Shown here piece by piece: positions 42,539-54,968 of a DNA stretch of 64,000 bases (position 1 is the first letter of the stretch; the number at the start of each line of letters is the position of its first letter). The notes beneath the pieces are model-generated. The model worked only from the letters and a program-made list of their open reading frames with translations, was not told where the DNA came from and made no database searches. A program made the position numbers and the translations under genes. The stretch spans positions 85,808,001 through 85,872,000 of the forward strand of contig OZ024745.1 in NCBI GenBank assembly GCA_964016885.1, in the 5' to 3' direction. This DNA is from Eledone cirrhosa. Lineage: Eukaryota.

Positions 42539-45015
42539 GCTCTAGTATTAATGTAAGGGAGATATATGTGGTTAGGAGAGAAACCAGCTGTTATATAGAG
42601 AGAAAAAATTAAAAATAACCAGACATAGGCGAGGCATAAAAACCCTATGTTTTAATGTAGAGGTATTAGTATGTATAAAAACCAGCCACTATATTGTAAA
42701 TATCAGTATTCCTGAATGAGACATGTATCCATAATGTGTGAAAAGTAATGATCTTATGTTTAGTTTTTTTTTAAAAATTCATATGTTTATGTGATAACTA
42801 CAAACATCTATGTGCATTTACATGATCAACTCTGCAAACCCTAAGTTCACGGAAAACATTCTCATTGTGCTATAAAAATTTAAGTATACATATATGTGTA
42901 TATATATACACACATATATATATAGAGTCTATATTACTACTATTGTCTTTACTCTAAAAGATTATCTATCAAGCAGAAATAGAGAGCAGATTTCAATATA
43001 TTAATAAAAAAATATATATCAGAAACAAAACCAAAAAATAACAATAATAATAATAATAATAAATAATAATAAAATAGAAAACTAAAAAATATTACGAGAG
43101 AATATTACATATTAAAAATATTACATATTAAAAATAAAAATATTAGAAAATACTACAATAATAAAAATAAACCACAAAGATCAACCCTTCAAAATTAATT
43201 GACAATATATTGCCAAGTTCATTATAAGCATCAGAGTCGAAAAACAGATAAAGCTAAAAATTATTTATCAAATCGCATCTAGCAAAAATCATTTCAAAAA
43301 GTTTACGATGCCCATTTGGTCTACATGTGTTCTTATATTTAATATAGAAGTTTATCTCGTGTAACGTTTATTCGAAATATTTGGAGCATCAACTTTTAGG
43401 GTGGCTTAATTTTTCATGAAGAATGTTTAAATAAAAATACAAATAAAAAGAAGAAAAAGAAGAAATCGAAAGATTTATCGGCTAGTTTCCCATATAATTA
43501 TAAATCAAACTAAATATACTACATTTTAAATTTAAATTTATATTTAAAAGTTGAGTTTAATCTATGTTTGCAGCAACTGAATAAATTTGTCCGTAGATTA
43601 AGGGAATTTTTAGATTTTAGTATAAAGAATATCTCCTCTGCGCAGAGGTCACATGTCTCAGAGGAAGAATTAAAAGGAATCCCTCTTGAGACTATATTCC
43701 AAGCCGTCGAATATCTAACGTTATCTAGCTTAAGTTGCCAGAGTACGCCTGATAGTGCCGTTGAAGATTTTTTGCTTGGATCTGTGAAAGAATTCTTGTG
43801 GTTATTATAGCGAAGTTTAAATTCCGTCGATGTGGAACCGACGTAGTTAAAAGAATTAGAGTCAGTTTTAACATTACAATTGTATACTATATTTTTAACT
43901 AAGCATTTGTTATTTAACGGACATTTAGATCTATCTCTACAGTTACATTTGTTAACTTGTATATTATTTATGCTATTATCACTAGGTTTTAAGTTCCTAT
44001 TATTTATTCTATTAATATTTTGTGCTAAATTTTTGGTGGATGAGTAGGTTAATTTTATAGTATGTCTATTGAAAATTGAGTGATACCTATGTGTTCTAGG
44101 GAAGCGATTATCAAGAGCTTTAAAAAATAGTTTAGCGATGTGGGTTTTAATGTTTAGTGAGAAAGGGGGGGCAAACCAAATTATGTTCCTAGTTCTATTT
44201 CTTTTTTGGCCTTTGGAATTATTGTAATGCTTTCTATTATAGTTGTTAAGGTTGTTGCCGTAATTAAAATAGTTGTTATTTTGTTTAGTTTGTCTATCAT
44301 TATCTATGTACATAATCATATCAGTATATCCTGCTCTAGCTAATGCTTCATTGTAGTATTGGGCTTTTTCGTCAAAAATCTTTCTATTCGACGAGATCCT
44401 AGAGATACGTTTTTGAACAGAGTTTACTATAGTGTTTTTGACAGATCTGGGGTGGTTAGAGTTAAAGTTGACATAGTTTAAGTTTTCATTCAACTTGTGA
44501 AAAGGATAGTGAAGACATGTGTTGAGATTTAATGTTATATCTAGGAAATTGACTATTCTATGGTTGTTCTCAATTTCTATTTTAAGATTAAAGTAATTAA
44601 AAAATTGTGTAATTTGTTTACATTTTCTATTTAGTTCAGAGTTATTATTATCAATAAGTAAAAGCATGTCATCTTTATATAAACCTCCGGTAGTACCAGG
44701 TATTTTCCTATGTAGCGAATTGATTAAAAATAGGCCCACAAGGTCAGTTACCTGAGCTGAGTCGGATGATCCCATAGTAATGTCAAAATTGCTATCTCTA
44801 TCTGCTCTGGTCCATAGTGGTCATTAAATTCTATCAAAGTTTTCCTAGCCGATAATATAATATGCATTTCATTGCTAGTTAGGTCAGTATGTTTGAATGC
44901 GTAATTTAGTGCCTTATTTAGTAGATTAGGGGTAATAGAAGAATAATAGTTAGCAATATCAAGTTGAATAAACTTATTATTATTGTTATATTTAATTTGC
45001 TTAAACCACTCAACA
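41977..45015 (-). mobile_element. Family C PLE (Nematis-like), 5'-truncated, 1.5-kb 3' UTR with hammerhead at ~42108-42169
   Basis: ORF continuous with the UTR and the family C terminus at (TA)n. Confidence 0.9.
43519..45015 (-). pseudogene. PLE reverse transcriptase plus GIY-YIG endonuclease, one frameshift near 44800
   Basis: FIQLDIANYYSSI; MGSSDSAQVTDLVGLFL..GLYKDDML..VNFLDITL..SNHP; CNCRDRSKCPLNNKC..NIVYNC..YVGST..CDLCAEE..LN. Confidence 0.92.
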
Positions 45016-45980
45016 ACCTCTCCTCCCTTCTCACTCAACGTTAAAACCAATGTAGGAAAAAATGTCTAGCCCTCTTAGATAGACACTTCCCCATAGGTCA
45101 TAAATACCGCTCCATCTTTAACCGACACAAAGTTAAACTAGGATACTCCTGCGCTAAGAACATGAAGGCCCACATCACCAGCAGCCCTAGGAGCAACACC
45201 CCACCAGGGTGCTCTAGCCGTAAGCCTGAAGCTTGCCCCCTTCAACAGCAATGCAACACACCAGCTGTAATCTATGAAGCAGTGGTCACTTCCAACCGAC
45301 CAAACGAACCACAGGAGGTCAAATCCAATGTGGGCATGGCGTAGAGTCGATTCAAGGAACGTTTCCTGAACCACCAGTCTACCTTCAGATACCCGGACAG
45401 ACGTTCATCCACGAAACTCGCGAGCCACGTATAGTCCCTCAAGGACTCAAGTATAGGCTACTCCATTCAATGGAAAGCCATCACTAAGTCCAAGCCATAG
45501 GCAAGGGGAAATTCGACGTGTGGCTTATGTATTGACGAAAGAATAACTATCCTAAAGAGATTACGCAATAGTGATTGCCTAAACACGAGAAGTGAATTTT
45601 TCACACGTTGTACACACGTCACCAAACATCTATTGCATAACTACAAGGCTCCGGACTGATTCTTTGTAATTTTATTTTTAATTCTTTTTATTTTATTTTC
45701 AACCTAAAAACTTTCTGGACTTTCGCAGTTATCCCCCTTACACCTCCCGCACGCAGTCTAGTATTGCCTGTGTGAAGTGACCGAGTTTCTGCGCATGCGC
45801 GTTCGTACGGTTGTACTTCCTCTTCCTATAACCATACACATCCCGAGCTGAAGATCCGCGAAGGTGAAACAATTGTTCTCGGTATGGTGAACTAACTGTT
45901 GTGTAACCACTTCTACCTAACTCGTCCCTTGGACTGCGTGCTCTACCACTACGGATATTACCTTCCAGTGTTCCACCACT
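45015..45980 (+). mobile_element. Different PLE 3' end: GIY-YIG pseudogene ~45015-45659 plus pLTR
   Basis: PPFSLNVKTNVG..CPLQQQC..VIYEA..RFKERFLNH..CGLCIDE..LNTRSE..CTH, with in-frame TAG stops. Confidence 0.85.
45843..45882 (+). ncRNA. Minimal type I hammerhead in PLE pLTR
   Basis: CCGAG-CTGAAGA-tCC-gcgaa-GGt-GAAAC-aatt-GTT-CTCGG, with distal pairing CCATA/TATGG. Confidence 0.85.
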
Positions 45981-46130
45981 ATATATATATATATTATATA
46001 AATATATATATTATATAAATATATATATTATATAAATATATATATTATATAAATATATATATATATATGATATATATATATATATATGATAAAGAACACA
46101 AGAGCGTCTACAACATCAACAGATTTTTAT

Positions 46131-46179
46131 TGGCTTACAATGTTTCTTCCTTACGTAACCGTAGGATTCGTCAGAGCTA
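46131..46179 (-). ncRNA. Type I hammerhead, family L
   Basis: Minus strand TAGCT-CTGACGA-aTCCTACG-gtta-CGTAaGGAa-GAAAC-att-GTA-AGCCA. Confidence 0.75.
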
Positions 46180-46749
46180 TAAAAGGGGTTTGATTGGTGT
46201 TATGGACTTTACCAACAAAACATTCAAGAACAAAGAGTAAAGAGAGTAAAGCGCAAAAGCAGGGGACGATAAGTCTAATATCGTCCCCTGCTTTTATCGT
46301 CCATGGACGATAAAAGCAGGGGACGATATTAGACATATATATATATATATATATATTTGTAAACGCAGAAGTGGATATTTCAAAAAACGTTGCAACCAGA
46401 GGAAGACAGGAAGACGATACTTGGTTCGTGGAAACGTTCCCTGGCAAAGAACGGGAAAAAATGAATATAATACGTCATTATCTGGAGCGGTGAAAAACAA
46501 TTACACGCAAAGACAGAACCACGTTTATGGTATAAAAGAAGTCGTAGGCTAATGTTCTCTTAGGTGGATCATAAAGACGTTCTCTGGCAATGAACGGAAA
46601 CAACGAAGATAATACGTCATATGTGGATCGTAGAGAACAATTGCACGCAAAGACCAAACCACGTAAATGGTATAACTGAAGTTGTAGACTAAAATTCTAA
46701 CTAGGAAACCGAATGATTCTCCGCTTTCTGAAGCGGAGAATCATTCGGT

Positions 46750-48285
46750 TAAGAATAAAGTAAATAAAATACAATACAGAGGTAGTTGAAATTAAATAAA
46801 TACATACACGCATCCAAATACGTACATACACCAGCATACGCGAAAACAGTCGCCATAGGTATACAAAACCACGCACATATAAATATGTGTGTGTGTGCGT
46901 GTATACAAATAAATAAGTAATTAAATAAACGTATATAAATAAATACGTATATAACAAGCGCACACACATACCTACATGTAAATACACAAATATTCGGAGA
47001 CGCATGTCAACCAAAACACGAAGTACACATATACACACACCCTACATAACGTACGAATCCGCATACTCACACAGACGCAAAACTCATGTATACACATAAC
47101 CAAAAGCATATGTACCAGAAAATATAAAATATACGCCATAACATATACAATCAAATATACGTACGAGAAAGTATACGTACCTTCACAAAACATACAGGTA
47201 ATATATACTTACCTATGCAAATAAGTAATGGTATAAACATAACATATACTTAGCTACCACATCAAGACGTAAAATATCCACGTATAGATCGTACTATCCG
47301 TTAGGGTATAATGTGGGGCTGTAATACAGGAACGTTTTGTGCAATTTATGTTTACAAGCCGAAATTGCCTCAGATTTTTTTTAAAGATGTGGTCTGGGGC
47401 GTAGAGTATTTCCAGGGCCTCAGGGCGCAAAGGTCACATGGTCTTTTATTTCCGTTATACGATCTAGCCCTAGCTAGGATCTCCCAGTGTAACTTATATT
47501 GGGTGTGGTTGTTTTTTAGACTCCAGATATAAGCTGAAAGTGACGTCATATTCCTTCTAAGAGGGTAACGAAAAGAATGGGTATGCATGTAACGACGCTA
47601 CTTGAATATATTGGCGGTTAACCCTATGTAGGCCCTACGGGACGTGGGTGTTTCAACCTTACATTTGTAGACAACGTTACTAGAGAGGCATTTCCCAAAT
47701 AGGGAGCAATCAACCCGATTCCTACAATTACAGTTATTACTAACTACAGGGTTGCACGTGTTCCTAAGGTTAGGTAGTTTAGCTAAATTTGAAGCTGTGA
47801 TGTTCTGTGTAAGGTTAGGAGTCGTAGAGTAAGAAATTTTAATAGTATTTCTATTAAAAATGTTACTATATTTATGTGTAGGGGAAAATGCTTCGTAATA
47901 AGGGAAAGAAAGATCTTAGTTAATGGTGTGGCCACCTCCATATTATATGGTGGGTTATACCAACAAATGGGACGGGATCTATTTCTTCTATGTCTATTTT
48001 CGTACTCTGTATATGCTACCTTATCGACAAATCAACTCCGAGCAAGAGCTTCATTGTAATAAGTGGAATGGTCGTTGAAAATACGCTCGTTAGTAGATAG
48101 ACGGGAAAGCCTCGACGAAAGGTTTCTTACCAGATTCTTCGTTATGCTGGCAGGATGGGTAGAATGCTTACTTATGTAATTAAGCGTATCATTCGGCCTT
48201 CTATAAGGGTAATACAACCCATTCGATAAGTTGAGGGTAACGTCGAGGTAATTAACGACCGAGAGATTTGCCTCAACCTGTATAG
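46750..48285 (-). pseudogene. Decayed PLE RT C-terminus plus GIY-YIG (~47300-48285) with 3' UTR
   Basis: YYPYRRPNDTLNYISKHSTHP..RLSRLS..YYNEALARS; SLSAYIWSLK..WEILARARSY..CDLC. Confidence 0.85.
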
Positions 48286-48369
48286 AGTGTATTATATATA
48301 TATATTATATATTATATATATGTATATTATGTATATATATATATGTTATATATATATGTTATATATACA

Positions 48370-48442
<73 letters not shown>

Positions 48443-48443
48443 T

Positions 48444-48479
<36 letters not shown>

Positions 48480-48638
48480 TAGATATATATTATATATATA
48501 TATTATATGTATATAATAGATATATAGATATTATATATTTATTATATATATATATATTATATATATATATATTATAGATATATATAATATATATATACAT
48601 ATATATATTATATATATATATTATATATATATATATAT

Positions 48639-48670
<32 letters not shown>

Positions 48671-48715
48671 TATATATATATATATTATATATATTATATA
48701 TATATATATATATAT

Positions 48716-49812
48716 AAAAACAAATAACGAAACGAAATTAAATTTCGTTTCGTTTGTAACTCACTTTTGTATGACTGACGCTTAAACAATTAAGTTAAAA
48801 ATGTACATCCACATATGTATACTGAAATACTAGTATGCATATGAATACACACACGTATACATATGTAGATGTACCAAGTCTTTCACTGGTCACTTTACTG
48901 TGAGTGGCCAGCTATTCTGTATGTAAACACACAGACAAACCGGTTTTTAGAGTCATATTGATTTTTGAGGAAACACCTTTCCTCTATTCTCCAGAAAGCC
49001 AGACAAGGAATATTGAACTAGTTCCGTTGTTGTTACAACTCATCAGCAATATTTACCTATCTACCGGCCTTTCTGGAGAATCGTAAAAGCACATATCGTT
49101 ATATGCTTTTTCTATGAAAATTAGTAGTGGGCAGACTAATTTGCATAGAGTGTGAGTACGTACCGGTTCAACGGAGACGATAAAAACAAATAAGGAAACG
49201 AAATTAAATTTCGTTTCGTTTGTAACTCACTTTTGTATGACTGACGCTTAAACAATTAAGTTAAAAATGTACATATGTATACTGAAATACTAGTATGCAT
49301 ATGAAATACTAGTTTACATACAGAATAGCTGGCCACTCACAGTAAAGTGACCAGTGAAAGACTTGGTACATCTACATATGTATACGTGTGTGTATTCATA
49401 TGCATACTAGTATTTCAGTATACATATGTGGATGTACATTTTTAACTTAATTGTTTAAGCGTCAGTCATACAAAAGTGAGTTACAAACGAAACGAAATTT
49501 AATTTCGTTTCGTTATTTGTTTTTATCGTCTCCGTTGAACCGGTACGTACTCACACTCTATGCAAATTAGTCTGCCCACTACTAATTTTCATAGAAAAAG
49601 CATATAACGATATGTGCTTTTACGATTCTCCAGAAAGGCCGGAAGATAGGTAAATATTGCTGATGAGTTGTAACAACAACGAAACTAGTTCAATATTCCT
49701 TGTCTGGCTTTCTGGAGAATAGAGGAAAGGTGTTTCCTCAAAAACCAGTATGACTCTATATGCATACTAGTATTTCAGTATACATATGTGGATGTACATA
49801 TTTAACTTAATT
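48716..49812. repeat. Second family B insertion (minus ~48716-49305, plus ~49310-49812)
   Basis: HHRs at 49009-49053 (minus, GGAAC mutation) and 49653-49697. Distinct SNP haplotype from 26189-28472. Confidence 0.92.
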
Positions 49813-49851
49813 ATATATATATATATTATATATATATATATATACATTCAC

Positions 49852-49899
<48 letters not shown>

Positions 49900-49911
49900 T
49901 AGATATATATT

Positions 49912-50012
<101 letters not shown>

Positions 50013-50121
50013 ATATATATAATATATATATAATATATATATAACGATGGAAATGTGGTAAGGAACCAGGTGGACCACAACGCACCAAAGTACTCAATAC
50101 TTGAGGTAGTAGAGTGGGTAA

Positions 50122-50221
50122 TAGGAACCAGTAAGACCCCGACAGCTGAGCTCAAGCCGTTTCGACGGCTAAAGCCGTCGAAACGGCTTGAGCTCAGCTG
50201 TCGGGGTCTTACTGGTTCCTA
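50122..50221. repeat. 100-bp perfect palindrome made of the 3' half of a hammerhead
   Basis: 49-bp arms around AA; GACGGCT-aa-AGCCGTC-GAAAC-ggct..agct-GTC-gggg. Confidence 0.85.
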
Positions 50222-50253
<32 letters not shown>

Positions 50254-50386
50254 TATATTTAATATATATATATATAATAAATATATAATATATATGTATA
50301 ATATATATACATATAATATATATATATAATATATATATATATAATATATATATATATATAATATATATATATATAATATATATCTA

Positions 50387-50471
<85 letters not shown>

Positions 50472-50717
50472 TATTAAGGGTACTATTTATGGTTATGTAT
50501 GCAATAAAACCTTTAATGGTAATATATTATATATACACAAACCTTAAATAGTGAAAGATAGTCATTAATTACTATCCTATTACCAGTAAGATAAATAGCT
50601 CCATGTAATAACATCAGTTGTTTTACAGAGCAGTTATATAGCAGTTATATTATATATAGTGAATGTATATATAAATATATATATATATAATATATATATA
50701 TATAATATATATATATA

Positions 50718-50920
50718 TGTGAAGGCGTGTGACTGAGTGGTTAGAGAATTGGATTCGTAATTGTAAGGTTGTGAGTTCGATTCCTGGACCAGGCGATGCG
50801 TTATGTCCTTGAGCAAGACTCTTTATTTCACGTTGCGACCGACAGATAGTATTAGCAATTGGAAAGACCAACGGAAACATTGTTCCCTCGGTCCGATTTG
50901 ACGAAAGTCGATCGTTCCTT
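50718..50920 (+). mobile_element. tRNA-derived SINE (second family)
   Basis: A-box-like TGACTGAGTGG, B-box GTTCGATTCC, TGTCCTTGAGCAAGAC. Confidence 0.75.
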
Positions 50921-50965
<45 letters not shown>

Positions 50966-50981
50966 ACATATATATATATAT

Positions 50982-51015
<34 letters not shown>

Positions 51016-51023
51016 ATATATTG

Positions 51024-51055
<32 letters not shown>

Positions 51056-51110
51056 AAATATATGTTATATACATATATTATATAAATATTCATATATATG
51101 TTATATATAT

Positions 51111-51711
51111 ATAATGTATTTTTAACTCTGATACTGGTTCAGTCTGGTTCAACCGGATTGGTCTGTCCCAGTCATTCATTGAGCAACATCGGTGAAGTTG
51201 GCACCCTTAACTCACGGTTGGGTGCGGATGCATTCATGTATATGTGTGTGTGCGCATGTATCTGTGTGTTTCTAAATATATTGTTAATAACTCCCTCTGG
51301 TCGAGCAATCTTTGAGGTGTGGGGACTGCTGGAAAGCTTCCATTACTCATACTTCTCGCCTCCTTCACCACCTCTTCTACGGCTTCGATATAAATATCCC
51401 CTCCGCCTCCGTGGTATTTTCTTCGGGGTTATAAGAGGCTTAGCTCTGTTTCTCAACCGTTATATCGCGTGACTATCTCCCCCTCCGCCTTTTGGGATTC
51501 TTTCTCACGTCGTGTAGACGCGTTCTTGAGACTAGTAAAATGAGGTATCCTCTTGATAAGTCGGCAGACCTCGCAGGGACTCTATATCTTTATGATGTAT
51601 TGTTTTTGTTTATGCCACGAAACTACGTAGTCGAGGACTCTAGGAGCAGTTTAGGTATGATACATTTTATTACTAATTATATCTAAATGTTTCTTCTCTC
51701 TTCATAATGTA
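51111..51711 (+). mobile_element. Family F single circularly permuted monomer (593 bp) with hammerhead at 51548-51637
   Basis: ATAATGTA at 51111 and 51704. TCCTC-TTGATAA-GTcGGCA..TGCCAC-GAAAC-tacgta-GTC-GAGGA. Confidence 0.85.
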
Positions 51712-51895
51712 TATATATTATATATATATTTATTATATATATATAATATATATATATGTATTATATATATATATTATATATTATATATATATTATATATA
51801 TATATTATATATATATTATATATATATATATATTATTTATATATATTATATATATATATATATTATATATATATATATTATTTATATATATATAT

Positions 51896-51926
<31 letters not shown>

Positions 51927-51982
51927 ATATATATATATATATTATATATAATATATATATATATTATATATATATATATATT

Positions 51983-53465
51983 CTAGTATTAATTATACTA
52001 TTTATGGTTATGTAAATACAAACACCTTTTGCAGTTATATATATTTTTTTATACAAACCTAAATAGTGGTAGGCAGTAATATATTACTACCTTATTATCA
52101 GTAAGTTAATTAGCTCAATGTAAAAACATCAGATGATTTACAGAACAGTTATATGAAATATAAGAATCAAAGAACTGTTCAAAGCAATTTTATGCTTACA
52201 ACTGTTTCCTCCAAACCGAGGTTTGGATTCTTCGGAGCAATTTATTAATGAATGGACAGTTATATGACCTCCTTTTTACCCAAGAGACATACAGATACAT
52301 ATGCAAATATTGTGGGTCAACATTCATTAGAGCATTTAGAGTGGCAGTACACACTTAGAGATTTCATTCATATTAAAAGGTACAATGAAAAATCAAAAAT
52401 ACAGGTTAAAATACAACATGAAAATAAGCGGTTATATAGTGCAAATGTTATATGTGTGGCAAGCACGTGCGTCTTGTTTATATAGTGTGGCAGAGAGTTA
52501 CGTGTAGTAGAAGCACTTAGGTAGGTAAACAAGAGTGTTAGGTTGGTTGATCTGGTGGCAAATTCTTTATATGATTGTCATAGTCTGTGTGTGGAGAAAT
52601 GATATAAGCATTAAAAATAGTGCAAGCATTAAAAATATTTAAAATATTGGAAATTCACAGCGAAGGGATGTTATGGACTTCATGTACTTCGACATTTTCA
52701 TAGTCAGGGGAGTGTATTTTTCAGATTATATACCCCTCACATAATCCACGACAATTCGATATGGAGCGTTTGACAATCCAGTTAGAGAATCGTAGTCTGA
52801 TGTTCTTTAGTTCAATACAGGAGGATGTTACGTTTCGAGAATCGCCATTGAATACTACCCGGAAGTGTGTGTGTGGCTAAGGGGAGTTAATGCATGAGGG
52901 GAGGTAACTCCGAGGTTTCTATTACTAGCTATTGAAATGTGTCTCAAAATAGACCCTAATTTCTATGGTTATGCGCAACTTCCAAAAAATTTCTAAAGCA
53001 TAAAGTGTTTTAACTATAGAGTAGTCTATTAAGTTGTGCTGAAGGTGTTCGTATTACTATGGTGAATGAACCCCCATCGTAAGGTGCCACAAATGAATAT
53101 TATAGACGACGAGCGAGGATTCTGAATTAATTATCTCTGTGGTTGTAGTCTACTCATAGGACCAGGCGCGGTGATTGCAGAATCACTTCAACACACAATG
53201 ATCTCTGGTAAGTTCTGAGTCATCGCTTGCTACACTGGATGTCGAAAGATAATCATCACCAGGGCCGACCAGAGGTCAATCCGCAGTCCTCATGATCCCA
53301 CTCTCACCATCAAATCATCCATATATGTACAACCCGCACGCCAGTTTCAATACATTCATTCTCTGCACTCAATAAATTGCCCCGAAGAATCCAAACCTCG
53401 GTTTGGAGGAAACAGTTGTAAGCACAAAAATGCTTTGAACAGTTCTTTGATTCTTATATTTCATA
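51983..53465. mobile_element. Family N element: minus-strand pLTR (HHR 52192-52240), ~850-bp unique middle, short inverted pLTR (HHR 53377-53425)
   Basis: Inverted match of 52155-52247 and 53370-53463. Confidence 0.75.
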
Positions 53466-53480
53466 TATATATTCTATATA

Positions 53481-53535
<55 letters not shown>

Positions 53536-53777
53536 ATTATATATATATATTATATATATATATTATATATATATATTATATATATATATTATATATATAT
53601 ATTATATATAAAAGGAACGATCGACTTTTTTGTCAAATCGGACCGAGGGAACAATGTTTCCGTTGGTCTTTCCAATTGTTAATACTATCTATCGGTCGTA
53701 ACTCCAGGTAATATATATATATAATATATATATATATTATATATATATATTATATATATATATTATATATATATTAT

Positions 53778-53967
53778 ATGGTGGTTGATTGGCAGTATCG
53801 GTAGAGGGTCGGACGCAATGCTTTCCAGCATAGTTAAGTCCCTTTACGATCTGAGTTCAAATCCCGCCGAGGTTGACTTTGCCTTTCATCCTTACGAGGT
53901 CGATAAAATAAAGTACCAGTAATGCACTGGGTATTTGCTGGCCTTGTGCCTAAATTAGAAACAATTA
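53778..53967 (+). mobile_element. tRNA-derived SINE copy (3' fragment also at 54847-54902)
   Basis: Homologous to 6983-7172. Confidence 0.8.
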
Positions 53968-54136
53968 TATATATATTATATATATATATTATATATATAT
54001 ATATTATATATATATATTATATATATATATTATATATATATATTATATATTTATATATAGTATATATATATATATTATATATATATATATATTAAATATA
54101 TTATATATATATATTATATATATATATATATAATAC

Positions 54137-54175
<39 letters not shown>

Positions 54176-54206
54176 ATATATATATATTATATTATATATA
54201 TATACC

Positions 54207-54242
<36 letters not shown>

Positions 54243-54273
54243 ATATATATATATTATATTATATATATATACC

Positions 54274-54324
<51 letters not shown>

Positions 54325-54329
<5 letters not shown>

Positions 54330-54822
54330 ACTGTTGCATACACTGGCTACTCCAAACTTTCCTTTTGCTTTATCTTAGTAGACTGCCAATGTTTTATTTC
54401 TATTTTAATTTTAATTTTGTCCTGTAATATGACTGTAATCTTTGTATGTAAATTACCATGCTATATTATTAAAATGGATGTCAACCCACTGTGCGTCAAT
54501 ATATACATATGTTTCTATATGTCTCTTGTGTTGAAAAGGAGGTCAAGTATGTTAGAAATCACTGAATAATAGCTCCAAAGACTCCAAACCTCGGTTTGGA
54601 AGAAACGATTGTAAGCAGATAAATGATTTAAACAGAACTTTGTTTCATGTAATCTCTATATAACTGCTCTGTAAAACAACTGATGTTGTTACATTGAGCT
54701 ATTTATCTTACTGGTAATAAGATAGTAATAAATTACTGTCTTTCACTATTTAGGGTATAATATATATATAACTATAAATGGTTTTAGTATATACATAACC
54801 ATAAATAGTATCCTTAATACTA
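54325..54822 (+). mobile_element. Family N pLTR-like block with full tail (HHR core mutated)
   Basis: Homologous to 16190-16543. The tail matches the reverse complements at 41335-41408, 50470-50650 and 51983-52155. Confidence 0.75.
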
Positions 54823-54968
54823 TATATATAAGTATATATTTATATGTAAGTACCAGTAATGCACTAGGTAATTGCTGGCCTTGTGCCAAAAGTAGAAACA
54901 ATTATATATATATATATATATATATTATATTTATATTATAAATATATATATACATATATTATATATAT

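Noticed and set aside
44748-45050. ORF 44748-45050 as one protein starting MVLTLSEKGG
   Set aside because: Chimeric: the first residues come from the antisense of the adjacent plus-strand PLE, and the junction is near 45015.
50718-50795. tRNA gene
   Set aside because: A/B boxes run on into a repeated SINE body, with no proper acceptor stem or terminator.
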